Below the pieces are notes generated by a model. It did no database searches, was not told the DNA's origin, and was given only the letters and a program-made list of their open reading frames with translations. The translations under genes and the position numbers were made by a program. From positions 17,670,001-17,734,000 of the forward strand of contig NC_043009.1 of NCBI RefSeq assembly GCF_006345805.1: a DNA stretch of 64,000 nt, in the 5' to 3' direction. Origin of the DNA: Octopus sinensis (lineage: Eukaryota). Shown here piece by piece: positions 1-12,929 of the stretch. Within the stretch, counting starts at the first letter, position 1, and the number at the start of each line of letters is the position of its first letter.

Positions 1-110
1 TTAAGTACCAGTTACAGACTGGGGTTGATGTAATCGACTTAGTTCCTTTGTCTATCCTTGTTTGTCCCCTCTATGTTGAGCCCCTTGTGGGCAATAAAGT
101 AATAAGATAA
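1..110 (+). mobile_element. SINE family A, 3' part (Octopus OK/OR-like, named from memory)
   Basis: TAAGTACCAGTT...GGGGTTGATGTAATCGACTT...CCTTGTTTGTCCCCTCT...AGCCCCTTGTGGG, matching copies at 19391, 22152 (rc) and 46665. Confidence 0.8.
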
Positions 111-114
111 GGGT

Positions 115-1480
115 CAGGGTACCCTGTCAAAGACTTTCAAATAATATAATGCAGTTATTAATATGAAGGGTTGGAATTAATGCATGTAAGATTTCACGGC
201 TCTAGCATCACTCCTTTGTAGTCAGTCTATGAACTTTTCAGCCCATCCTTGACTAACAGAATCATTGTATCCACTTCAACCACACTGGCAATTACGTCTG
301 TTAATTCTCTTCCTTGCATTCCTCCAGGCCTCAAAGAGTAGAACAAATAGTTCTTAGTGACAGAATGCATAGAAGACACCACTGGATAAAGAAGTGCTAA
401 ATGATCCAAATGAAAGGAACCTCCAGAAGACGAAGAGCAAGGAAGACACAGAAGGAGGTGATGAAGGTTGGCCGGAGAGTATTGAAACTGACAAAGGAAA
501 TGACAAATGTCCACAAGTTACAAGATGTTCTGTTGGAGAAACCCCATCTCTAACCTGTGCAAACTTAAAAAGATGAAAAAAACTAAACTGATGATGATGA
601 AATTGAGTGAAACGAAGCCAAAACATCACTGAATGGAAGAACGATTGATTAAAAAGCTACATTTACTCTCAGAGGCAATGAAAATGAAAATAAAAAGGCT
701 TTAAATTGATTTCTGTAATAAGTTACTGAACTGTAGTGAATGAATGAGATGAAGAGAGACCACACCAGAAGAATTAACTGAAGGTGCTTCTACATAGTCA
801 TGCAACCAGCTAGAAATAACAGCCAAATCTTCCTCACATCATACACTCCAACAGACTAAAAGAATTGAAAGGACACATTAGATAGTATAGTGCTAGATAT
901 ACCTAAAAAGACAGGATGGTCAAAGCTGAAATGTTTTTGATGCCTAGATCAACTGAATGAGGATGGATCTGGGGCTAAACAACAGAGAGATCAGTTGTAA
1001 TATATATCAGCTTGGGAATTAGCAATTAGATCAACTGAAAATACAATAATATTTTCTTTACTAAATTGTCAGAAGGCACAGGAATTGAGTACGGTTGTTG
1101 AGTGTTGGGAAAAACCTGGGACAAATTGGTTAGAACATTAGTCGGCTAATCAAGTAATGAAGTTGTTGTCCTGGTTACATATGAATTGCCACCCAACCAT
1201 CACCCTCAATTGATATAAGTGTAAAAGTGATGTACATGAGTGGATGTGGGGAGTAATAAACTTACCAGTCGCAGAATGAGTGGAATGAAAATAATAAGAG
1301 AATTTATTAGGTATCCTTTCAGCTTCCAATTGTCACAAAAGTTAACATTATTTATCACTTCACTCCTATGGAATAGACAGTGGAATAAGCTAGAACCAAT
1401 TTTCAACTCAACACTACTTACACTTGATATTACACTCAGTGAATGGTTCAAGTATCACACTCAATGACACACTAAAATAA
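115..1480 (-). mobile_element. Decayed APE/RT LINE relic (CR1/L2-like)
   Basis: Minus-strand remnants LYPVVSSMHSVTK (similar to YRPISLL), GRELTDVI and KVFDRVP (similar to KAFDRVPH) in RT order; many stops. Confidence 0.5.
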
Positions 1481-1602
1481 CAAACATACTCCACAATGGT
1501 CAGTGCCACATAAAATGGCACTGTGTTAAAAGATCATGGTTCTTAACCACATTTCCCCATCCAATCCACCTGCCTGACAACTAGCTGTGATATGCAAGTT
1601 AA

Positions 1603-1825
1603 CCCTTTAGCATTTGAATTGGCAATATCCAGCCCAAAATTTTCTACCTGTTCTATGTTCAAACTGACTAGATCTGGCCTCTCACACCTACCTAACAATG
1701 TCAATCAAAACATAAATATTCACATCATTGAAATTTCAAAGCTACAAGATAACGCATGATTAATTCATGTCAATGTGAATGAATATGTATTACATTTGAC
1801 AAGAGTAATCTGAATGCTGTGAGGG
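1603..1825. mobile_element. piggyBac-like MITE relic
   Basis: TTAA then CCCTTTAGCATT at the left end; degenerate AATGCTGTGAGGG at the right end. Confidence 0.5.
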
Positions 1826-2759
1826 CTACACTGTGTCATGACCTTCTGTTTTATAGGCTTAACATCACACAGATAAATTTAGTAAAATGTGAAGCAAGAG
1901 AACACTCACTTCTTGGTTATTTTATAGATATTTTCTTTACTAAAACACAACCACTACTATCTTCATCCTTTCAAAACTACCATTACCATCATAATCACAC
2001 TCTGATACTACTGCAGGCTTCAAATATTCTAGAATGAGAGTGGGATTCTCAGTTTCACCATGGACCAATAAAACTCTTCTTTAATAACTACATAACTTTA
2101 TGCTTATCGTATTTACAGCCAGAGAGAAGAAATTTCAGAGAGCAATAAGATCGCAATGGTGATAATGATAATTATTTTATTACACAAGCATAAAACATTG
2201 GGTTTATAGGAGAGAAAAAATTAGAAGTTATAACGTTTGTTCCTTTGGTAGGAATATTATTATTGCAGGGATTTATTTTCAAATACGCCACTGACACCAT
2301 CATATGACACCATCCATCATATAAACAATAACAATAAATGCTTATAATCCAATACCCACCAAGTAAAACTAAATAGAATTGAAAGAGATGAAGTAATGAC
2401 TCAGTGCTGACTCAGAAACATAGGGCTCAGATCTGACAATAAAAGGTTCCAAATCACTGCACAAAAAATATAACAAAGCAGAATATAAAATATATCTGTA
2501 GAATATGTGAATAGAATCTGTAATTTAATTTCTATCAGTCCAGTTGGAGCTAAAACTGAATACATAAGCAGATATGACAGAGTTACTTGCTTTCTACTCA
2601 GATAATTGAATAAGCATTATAGAATTCTAACACAAGAGAGGTAGTGTAAACAGTCAACAAAATTACCATACTCTGAAATATAGAAGGTGGAGAAAATTCA
2701 AGGCAATCAGACCACACTATTTTCAAGATTAGATAATATTAATATCAAAATCATCTCAT

Positions 2760-5200
2760 TTTGCTATTCATCATCATTTTCACATCAGTTTTTCTATGTT
2801 TGCACGAGTTGGATGAATTTTATCCAGCATCTTGCATCTTGCAACTTGTCATCTCCTTCATGAAGTTCAGCATCCCAAGAGCAGCCATTCTTCCTCTGTC
2901 TTCTTTTCAGTAGGTTCCTTCTACAGGAGTTGTTTGGCATTTCTTTAGCTAAAACATCATCTTCCATACACATATCCATTACAGTCTTCTACTCACAAAC
3001 TACATCTGATTACTCTTATATCCAATTTTTCTGATAGGACTCAGTTGAGTCCAGTCAGTCATGCATACAGCCATTACATATCCAGCAGTACAAGCACACT
3101 TCATTTCTTTCACACATCCTTTGGATTCAATGCTCAAGTTCTGCTACAATGGAAATGTGACACTTTGTACATAAACATTATACAATCTGCTGCCAAGAGA
3201 TTGTCCAATGTGCAATCATTTACTAAGAGAGAAAATTCCTTTGTTACTGTTGTCATTATCCTTGTTTTAACATCCACTTTTCCATACTTGCACAGGCCGG
3301 ATTGCTTACAGAAGTAATATTGCCGTCAACGTTTCCCACCCCATCGAAAACACAGTATGTTTGCAGAACACCTACCCCCACTTTAATTAGCACACTTGGG
3401 TAAGAGGTACTGTCAAATGTTTTATGGAATCCTCTGGGCTTTTGAAGGAATTCATGTAAGAGTACAGTCACCTCTAACTACCACTCAGTATCTACTACAA
3501 ACAAGGTTTCCCACTATCGGCTGACCTGTGATCCCACTGCAGCTCTTGTACACTCATAATTTACGACAGGTCCATCCCATGAAACTTTTACTTATTCTTT
3601 CTGAATATCAAGCATGGCTACTTGTCAGATAATAGAGTCCTGTCTTTTATCCTTTTCACTAAAACTTTCGTCTTTGCAAGCTACAAAACCTCTTGCTTCT
3701 CATTTGGACTTTCTAATTCTTTACCAGATTCTCCTATGACAACAATGTCATCAGCATACAGAGGACCTTAAACTTCTCTGTTATAGCTAGAAGAACTATG
3801 ACAAAGAGGGTGAGACTGAGAACTGAACTCCAATAAATGCCTAACTCCATACTAAATTCCTTACTGATCTTATTGTTAATTCTGTATATGGTTTGCTGTA
3901 CCTAGTTTTGCCAGAAACTTCTAGAACACAGTACCCTGTCAAAGGCCTTCTCCACTTCGATAAAAAAAAAAAAAAGTATAGTGGATTGTTCTTAACAAAA
4001 ACCTCTTTGTTATTGTCTCATTGGGAGGAGTGGATTAGTTGCATCACATCTTAATACAAACCCAAATCATGTCATCTACACTGATTCAATTCCTAAGTAG
4101 TTGAGTCATAATTCTGTTACTTTCATAACTTGGTCCACCAGTTTGATGCTTCTGCAGTTGCTTCTGTCTAAAACTCCTCTTTTAACCTTGTAGCAGTTGA
4201 TGACGATATTGCTATGACATTCATTAAGTATGATGGTTCTCTGTATTGTCTGATTATTTATACTACTAACTAATGAATGTCCTGTTCCTAAGGTATTTTC
4301 AGAATCTCAGCAACTATCCCTGGTGGTCCAGCTGCTTTATACTTGACAGTACTTTCAATCGTAAAGTTAATGATTTCAATAGCTGGTCCCCCTGTTGAGT
4401 GTACTCAAGGCAGACCTCTTTCTCATGCTTTCTCCATGTTCAACAACTTGTAGTAACATCTCTACTCAGTGCCAGTGACAGCAGCAAGTGTGCCATTATT
4501 CTATGCACAGTTTTCAACATTTTGATAAGAAGTGAAAACCTCATGCCACCGAAACACTCATTGCAGAATATTAGCAAACTTCTTAATTTCAGATTCTTTT
4601 TTGCTATAATCAACCTAGCTATTTTTCAAGCTACCTGATACTGATTCTTCACCCCACCCTTCTTCCAATCCTTACGAACCTGTTTCTTAGCTGTAACTAC
4701 TGGCCCATTCCATAACCATCTCATCTTCCCTCCAGCTGGAACCATCCCCAGATTTGGTCTATGTCTTGCAGCCAATTGTCTTGCATTAATTCCTAGTTGT
4801 CCTCTCCATCTCCTCTTCTCTCATTATACATGTCAACTAGAATTTCTTTCAACCTACATTTTAACTGGGGGGGTTCTTTCAATTCCATACCTTACTCCTC
4901 CAGACTGTTTTGTGTCTGTGAGGCTGTCTAACTTTTATCCTAGATTCCTGATGTTGAGTTGTACAATCTTCAGAAGAGGACTAAGTATTCACAACTGACT
5001 GACTATACTCTTTAATTGGTCAGTATGAAGTCTGTCTGGCTGGATGTTCATTTGATTGTTAGCTGATTAGACAGCTGGTAGATTCCCTCCAGTCAGCATT
5101 GCAAAATGATGAGGTCATTTGCATCACAGAAAGCCAAGAGCTTTTCTCATCCATTCTTTGTACCAATATCAAACAACTTCACACATAACCTTTAATTCTG
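2760..5200 (-). mobile_element. RTE-clade LINE relic (endonuclease C-terminus, RT, C-terminal domain)
   Basis: Minus-strand motifs LLAFCDANDL (APE), EKAFDRV (about 3935-3950), SVLSLTLFVIVL and LYADDIVVIGE (about 3735-3765), plus the RTE C-terminal ..KKCQTTPVEGT..; frameshifts throughout. Confidence 0.8.
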
Positions 5201-7231
5201 GTCTGAGAGTATCCAGACACAAAACAGTAAATCTTAAAACATATATGTTGAAATTTGCAAACTAATTAAACAGGTTATATCAATACTATTTGTTGTCTAT
5301 CCCCAAGTTGCCCCTAATCCAGCAGACATGTGATCAAAGACATTCCAGCAGTGACTATCTGATTTCTGAGAGAGTTTATCTCAGATTGTGTTACCTAAAG
5401 TTCTTTTACCCTTCTTTCATTCCATTAAGAAAATTTGCTTACTATTTCTAGCAAGCCATGTGATCTTGTAGAGGTTCCTTCTTTGGCTCATTTTATTTTA
5501 CTCTATCCAACTTGAGTATCTTTGACACACTTAAATTACTTTTCCCAACTTCAGCATCTTTGATTTAAATTCCAATGCATAACTTTTTTACTTCATTCAA
5601 AATATTTTATAGTTTATGAAAGTGTGCATTAGCCTCGGACTTTACAATATGTTTAGGATACGCCCATGTGAGTGGGATGGCTCTCGTCACTTACAGGCAA
5701 TCAATCAGGTACTGAAATTGTTGCCTACTTTTGTTTTAACTAATTCAACTGGGGTGTCTAAGGATGAATACACATTGAATGTAGTGGGACTCAAACTCAA
5801 AATTTTTCAATCAACAGACCAACATTTTAATTATTTATCTACATAGCAAATAAATGGTAAGTGTGGTTCTGTTTGAGAATATGTTGAAGGGTGTAGGATG
5901 GGTGCAAATACAAATATGGTTGTAAGGGTGATTTTTTTTATATACAACTACACTGAGATAAAATGGCTGTAAGGAAGGTTAAGGTGCTGAATTAGTGGAC
6001 ATAAAACTATGAGTTCAAAACTTACTACAGCCACTGACTGTGTTAGGTATGGCAAACAGAAATCTATTTTACCTCCTTTTCAAGATGATAAAAAGTATTG
6101 GTACCAAGCTGAATATGGGTATTTCATATGGGTTATACATTCACTTTATAATATATAGCTATCAGAAAAGACAGATGTTCCAATAGATAGAATGAAAAAT
6201 ATCTCAATACAATGTCCATAGGAATTCACCGTAAACAAAATGAAATCCAAAAACAAAAAGGGAAGGGAATGATTAAATTCTTCAATAAGAATGGGGACTC
6301 CATAGGCCTATCACTACAAATATACATCTTACAAACACAGTATGTAAACAAATAAATACAAATGTAACACAAAGACAAATCCTATATCTGTTCACTGATG
6401 TGTATGAGGAGTAGAAAGTGAAATCCTTTGCTGCAAATTTCAATGTATATATTTAATTAAAAAACACAAAACAATTCTTATCATACAAGAGGTAACATGG
6501 AGAAATAAATGTAGTGAATTAAAAAGACAAATAAAAACTAATGTGCTCTTGAAAAATGCACACATGTATATGTAAAAATTGCAATGTTCATCATACAGTA
6601 AGTTAAAGAGTTCAAATTCTAAACTGATAAATGCAATGGTATAAAATAAAATTATTGGACATATTTGTAATGAGGATAAAAAAACAATTAAATCAAGGAC
6701 TTTGAACCTCTTAAAGATGGGATTTATTTGATAAAATAACCAACAGTAAAGATACTGCAATCAATAGTCAATTGGATGTTTAACCTTAATATCAACATCA
6801 TCATCATCATCATCACTATAATTTTATTAGATTTTTTTATCTATCTTTTTTGAGTTACATTTATCAAAATGTTCGTTTTGTCCTAAAATACTGCAAAAGC
6901 AAATTTTCCTTCTATCTCTAAAATACTATGATGTGTCACAGATCTCCTTTATTACTACAAGACATTGTATAATTTCTAAAGATCATCCCTTAATCTTTCT
7001 ATGACGATGACACCTAAACCATGAAGCGACACTAAAACTAGTGCTTGGTTATGGTTTTAGGTTCGAAGAAATCTTTCTCTGGGTGGGACACTAGTCTTAC
7101 ATGGATCAAGATCTGCTACCAACTGCTGGCAGCAAAAGGTGAACTGAGAGGATACGAAACATTGATCTATTACTAATAACATTTCCAGATGATCTGATAC
7201 TCATCACTGAGAATGATTGATTTGAAATGTT

Positions 7232-7462
7232 GTACAATCTTTATTGCCCACAGAGGGCTAAACATAGAGGGGACAAACAAGGACAGTCAAAGGGATTAAA
7301 TCAATTACATTGACCCCAGTGTGTAACTGGTACTTATTTAATCAACCCCGAAAAGATGAAAGGCAAAGTCGATCTTGGCAGAATTTGAGCTCAGAACATA
7401 ATGGCAAACAAAATACTGCTAAGTATTTCACCTGGCGTGCTAACGATTCTGCCAGATCGCCA
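7232..7462 (-). mobile_element. SINE family A, near full length
   Basis: tRNA-like head (A-box-like TGGCAGAATCG, B-box-like GCTCAAATT) followed by the family core and tail. Confidence 0.85.
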
Positions 7463-7889
7463 CCCTATACAATATTGGTCTATCACAGATAGCATTTTCA
7501 AATGACATAATATATACCATGACAGCTAAGTGTACTGTTTAATGCAAAATAAAGTGTTCTGTTGAAACACAGCAAAACAGCTGACGAGAGTTCAAACCAA
7601 TAAGCATGCAATCCAAACTCTTATTCAGTTGGCCATATTTATCTTTCTACATTCTAGTCTAATGCAGGTCATACTTTTATCTTTGTAATGCAGGTTATTC
7701 TCTTATCACTATGTACTGTGATGAGGTGCAGAGTATACTATCTTAAGTATGCAACAGAAAATTATCCAGCATCATTTTCAAAGAGTGAAGTCTCAAATCC
7801 ATTGTCTGATGACAATAACACCTTTGGTTTCAGATTATACATTCATCATACACACAACAGACTGACATCCCATACACATATATACACAC

Positions 7890-8640
7890 AACAATAAGTT
7901 AATCCTCATCATCAGAACATTTGGCAGACGAGAGTGGACACTTGAAGAAATTTGCACCTTGGTGGACCGGACTAGAAAGATACTAACAATTAATTGTATG
8001 TTCCTCATCAACAGTAACACTTGCAGGATCTATGTTAAACAGAGGGATGGAGGAAAGGGCATAAGATCGGTTCAGACAGCTTTCAAGCGTCACACCATGG
8101 CACTTATACAACACCTACTGAACAGTAAAAAATGAAATGAGTGAATCACATCTATATTCGACAGTGCAAGTAATAACATCATGAGATTAGATGGAGGACT
8201 CCTGAACAGATACTCTGAGCATACAGTTGATCCCTGTGAACTAAAGGGAAGTGAACTGACCTACATAAATGGTGACAGAGAGAGAAATACTCGTCGTACA
8301 GCTATAACAAATGCAAACCAAGCAGAATACAGTCATACCTTTAAAAATAAAGAATACTAATATAACATTTCAATAAAAAAGAAAAAACAGTAATCCAGTA
8401 TAATTACAATAGTCTAAATATTGTTGAATGAGAAAGGGACCAAAAATCATAATCTGTTATAAAGATCAGCTGCCCTACAGATATGAATGTCCTGTCAAAA
8501 ATTAGGGAAAAGAAGAACATCTAAGAGAGCTAATGAGAGACCTACAGCCGATATGCAGGTTATAGATTTTTACTTGTACCTAATAAGTGTAGAAGCAGTG
8601 TAGCAACAGATTTGCATAACAACTAAGAAATGCAGGGATT
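7890..8640 (+). mobile_element. R4/Dong-like (restriction-like endonuclease) LINE 3' relic
   Basis: FGRREWTLEEICTLVDRTRKILT...RIYVKQRDGGKGIRSV, then ISCPTDMNVLSKIREK, typical of the post-RT and RLE domains. Confidence 0.65.
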
Positions 8641-8859
8641 CCCCAAAGAAAATAAAAAAAGGAACAGAGTAAAGTGATTCATAGACTTCAAATTAATTGA
8701 TTAGAAGTATGATGGAAATTAGTAAAAACATTCCAGGGATTCTCCATTTGAGGTTCCTGGGATAAAAGCATGCACATATGCATACAGGCACATACACAGA
8801 CAAGCATTAATGAAGCACTCACTCTTGAGTATAAAGTGAAAAGTACACCCATTTCATGA

Positions 8860-9083
8860 GTGCAAGCTGACCCACACACCACCCAATTCAGGAAACTGCA
8901 AACCCCAAGAGTTTTCTTGGCTGTGTGATTAAAAAGTTTGCTTAAGAAGTTTGTTTCAAGTTCAATGCCACTACATGACACCTTGGATAAGTGTCTTCTA
9001 CTTATAGCACCTGACAGACCAAAACATTTAGCTCATTTGGTACAAGAAAAGTGAAAGAAGCTTGTGGTATATGCATGTATATA

Positions 9084-9155
<72 letters not shown>

Positions 9156-9240
9156 TATATATACATTTATAGATATTTATATTTATATTTCTGTGTGTGT
9201 ATGTGGGCATGCGCATGCGTACATATACATGTGCATGTGT
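8860..9240 (+). mobile_element. SINE family B head plus (TA)n/(CA)n microsatellite
   Basis: TGGCTGTGTGATT...CAAGTTCAATGCC...GACACCTTGGATAAGTGTCTTCTACT, followed by a (TA)n tract. Confidence 0.7.
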
Positions 9241-9430
9241 GTGCGGGGAGGGGGGGTCACCTTACCTTGACATCATGCAATAATTGTAAGCAAACGTTAC
9301 CAGCATAAAAGTTGTGTCATTCATTTATGAAAACATGTCCAGCCAAGGCGAAATATTACCTTGCCCGGAATCAGGAGAGAGTTGCCAATGGGAAGGTCAT
9401 CCAGTCATAGAAAAGTTGTCTTGCCAAATT
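9240..9430 (+). repeat. Interspersed repeat fragment related to the SINE family C body
   Basis: CACCTTACCTTGACATC...GGGAAGGTCATCCAGTCATAGAAAA shares the GGAAGGGCATCCAGCTGTAGAAA motif. Confidence 0.5.
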
Positions 9431-12400
9431 CCATACGACCCACACAAACATGGAAAAGTGTACATTAAAACAACGACTACAATTATGAGACTTGCCACTT
9501 TATTAATGGCAGACTTCAATTCTACAAAGGAAATAAAAACCAAAGAAAAATACGCATGCACACACACACACACACACACACAAGATGTGCTTCCACAGCG
9601 TACATCTAACAAATTTCTACCATTATCCACTCCAGGTAGATATTTACTGAGTCTTTTTCCCCCCCTTTTTAGGGGATAAAGAAATGCCTTCTACTCTCCA
9701 AACCTCAATGATGCAATTGAAGTGAAATAGCAACAATCAGGAATCTCATACTACCTCACACACTCAGCTTGTTAACAGCTTAACTTCTACCCTACAGCAC
9801 TAGAACACACCCACATACTGAGAAAATAATGTATTACACATATGCATCATAGAATCGATCATTTGAGTGCAGATGGAGGATCCTTTAAATATATAATTTG
9901 TGTGGTGTGTTAATCAATGGAGAATGGCTTGGTCAATAATCAATTGTGGTTTATTTCTGACACAGCATAAAACATCAACAGTAAAATGTTGAAATGTTCA
10001 GCTATCTAAAACTGTTAAAATACTCATGAAAGTAAGTCCCTAAATAGTTTCATAGCTATCTGATGACTAAACTACTTTGTCTAGTGTTGAAATTCATTGC
10101 AGTTTTTCACCAAAAATTAAAGTGTAAGAGACAAGGAAAAATTATAAGCCACAGAAAATGAATGATAACTAACAACTAAAAATGGAAGCTGAACTGTAAA
10201 AAAAAAAACAACCTGAGAGCTGTGAGACAGAGAGGAGAGAGAGCAACACTGCATACAATGAAGTATATGCAGTATTTTAGTGTAATATATCTGGACGAAG
10301 GAGGAAGCAATGAATTAGCAAAAATTGATGAAGCACTCGGTTAGCATTTAGTTTTGTCCCTATTGGTTTTTTAAGTTCAATTAACTTTTCCTTTCATCCA
10401 TCTGCAAGTGATACCAGTAATATTTTAGAGTACATTCAATTAACTGTACTCCCTTTATTATAAAAATTGGTTTTGTATCTAATCAAGTTCAATCAATATT
10501 TATGGATTGAAGAGTTCAAATCCTACCTTGAGATGATTTTACATTACATTTCTGTCAATTCAATAAATTAAATACTTGTAATATACTGAGGTGGAAACAC
10601 TGCCTATCCTTTAAAATATATACCTTTACAATTCAGAGAACATACCGTCTGTTTCGCATGATCTGACATAGGCCAAACAGATCTACAATAAAACATTTCC
10701 CAGACAAATAATCTGATCCTGATCCTGTGTTATCTCATCTTTGGTTGCTAACATTCTAAGAAAGTGGATATGGCAAGAAAGAATGACTGTGTGAAGAATA
10801 TTGAACACTGAATGTCTGGAAGGAAAAAGCTATTTAGTTATAGAATAGAACTGACTGTTGTATATGGGAGATAAAATAGAGGGAAGTTGATGACAGGAAG
10901 TGATGCTGCAGACCTGTCAAACCCAAATGGCAGATGAAAACATAAATCTGATGACAAGAGACTGTGTGTGTGTGTGTGTGTGTGTGTGTCTAACACCACG
11001 CGCACACACACATTTTTGGTTATTTCTTTAATTTAATAAGATATCAGAAAACATTATCCACAGCTGAATTTAGCCCATGTGACAAATTAAATAATATTTA
11101 TATCAACAGGACTAATATCTTTCATTTTCTTTCACATGCAAACACCACAACCATCACAACATCACATGCTCAGACTTTATATAGAGACATCACACAACTA
11201 CAAATACAACATTCTTTTGAAATAATTTTTATCCCGTCATTTGTATATTTTATAACAATCATCATCATACAAAGTATATTTACAATGATAATAGTAATTT
11301 CAAATGTATTATATTGTTTTACAAATAAAATTTATATCATTTAATATATAGCAATAAATCTTTAATTAGTATTCCTAACTATATACTCACAGATGGGTTA
11401 TAAAATTTATAAATCAAGGTGGGAGTCAAGAGATTCATGAAATTTACTACACTATTCCTCTTGTTGATGTTGTTGATACCGAGTGAGAAAAGGAAGAGGG
11501 GGGGGGTTAAAATATTTGGGAAATAAAAACCTAGTGTGGAAAGAGTGATTGTAGTGTGTTGTGTGCATGTGATTCACTCAATAATGCAGAGTTGTTAAAT
11601 GTTTGGAAACATACCAACAAAACACCATGTCAGGGAATACAAACACACACACACACACATTCACTCACTCTTTCTCTCTCACACACACACATGCACACAG
11701 AATTTGTGTCCCGTAACCACCAAACCACTTTACTAGGCATAGACAAACAGACATACAAATACATACACAGTAACACAACACAGTAGTGTATACATAGAGT
11801 AATCCTTTCTCCGTCTCTGTCTCTCAGACACACTGCCACAACCTTAAGTGTATTACATACAATAAATAAAAGCAGTGTTAAAATTAGCTGCATAACAGCT
11901 TAGCAGTGTTACAGCTAACAATAAGAAGCCTAAAAGTTTTAGCAGAAAGGAGAGGGTGGTGAGCTGTGACATTTATGCCCGTTCCAAAAACATGTCACTG
12001 TAATTGCAGTTGGGATACTTGTAACCAAGAAATGAACTTGATGCTATGAATTTATTTCACATCTGCAACATTGTTAACCACAGTAGAGGATAAATATTGA
12101 TCTTTTTGAAGAACTGTAAGTCAATTAAAATGATAATGATGTGTCACTAGTACTTCATTCATCAGTCATTGAAGGAGTCACTGCTGGTGATATTTGAACT
12201 TGGAATATAGTGACAGAGAGAAAAAATACTGTAGGTAATTCAATCTATCTTTCTATTGTTTCAGCCAGGCATGTGGCACAATACTGTAAGAGAATATAGA
12301 GGACTTGGCTTCATGCTCTTGCTTGATGGGGGTGGGGGTCATTCCAAGTTAGTGGCCCCAAAGGTGTCATCATGCGTAGAGCTGACGAGGTCCAGCTGAG

Positions 12401-12929
12401 CTCTCCATTGCTGGCGGTACCAGTGGTGCAAATTACAGATACTCAAAGTAACCTGACAAAATTATTTTATTTCAGGAAAAACGTGGGATCAAACAATGTC
12501 CAATTCTGTCACAGACAACTCTACCATTCTAAGAGAAGTATAATCAATTGAATTGATCCCAATGGGACTCCAAGATATAGGAGACCAAAAGGCTATTGTA
12601 GACTGGCACCTTTTACTATTGTTATAATTATTGAAGCTGCCACAGAGCTATTTGAAACCAGAACAGTGAGGTAACAAATTAAACAGTGCACTCCTCATAT
12701 GACTGTATCCACCATCCAAATAAAAATGACTTCTTACTCAGACCATCAACTTTAAGTATTGAATCAATTCCGTGAAAAAGCCAAAATTAACTCCAAAAGA
12801 GATGAAAAGACAAAGTTGTCCCTTCTAAGATTTCAGTTCACAATGGAATGAAACTAGTAAAAAGCATTCAACTATTTTTAACAACCCTCACCCTCACTAG
12901 CCATATAATAATTGCTTTTAACAGAAGCC

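Noticed and set aside
12260-12480. GC-richer patch with possible splice acceptors on both strands
   Set aside because: Short ORFs in several frames, no consistent donor and no recognisable peptide; cannot be supported as an exon
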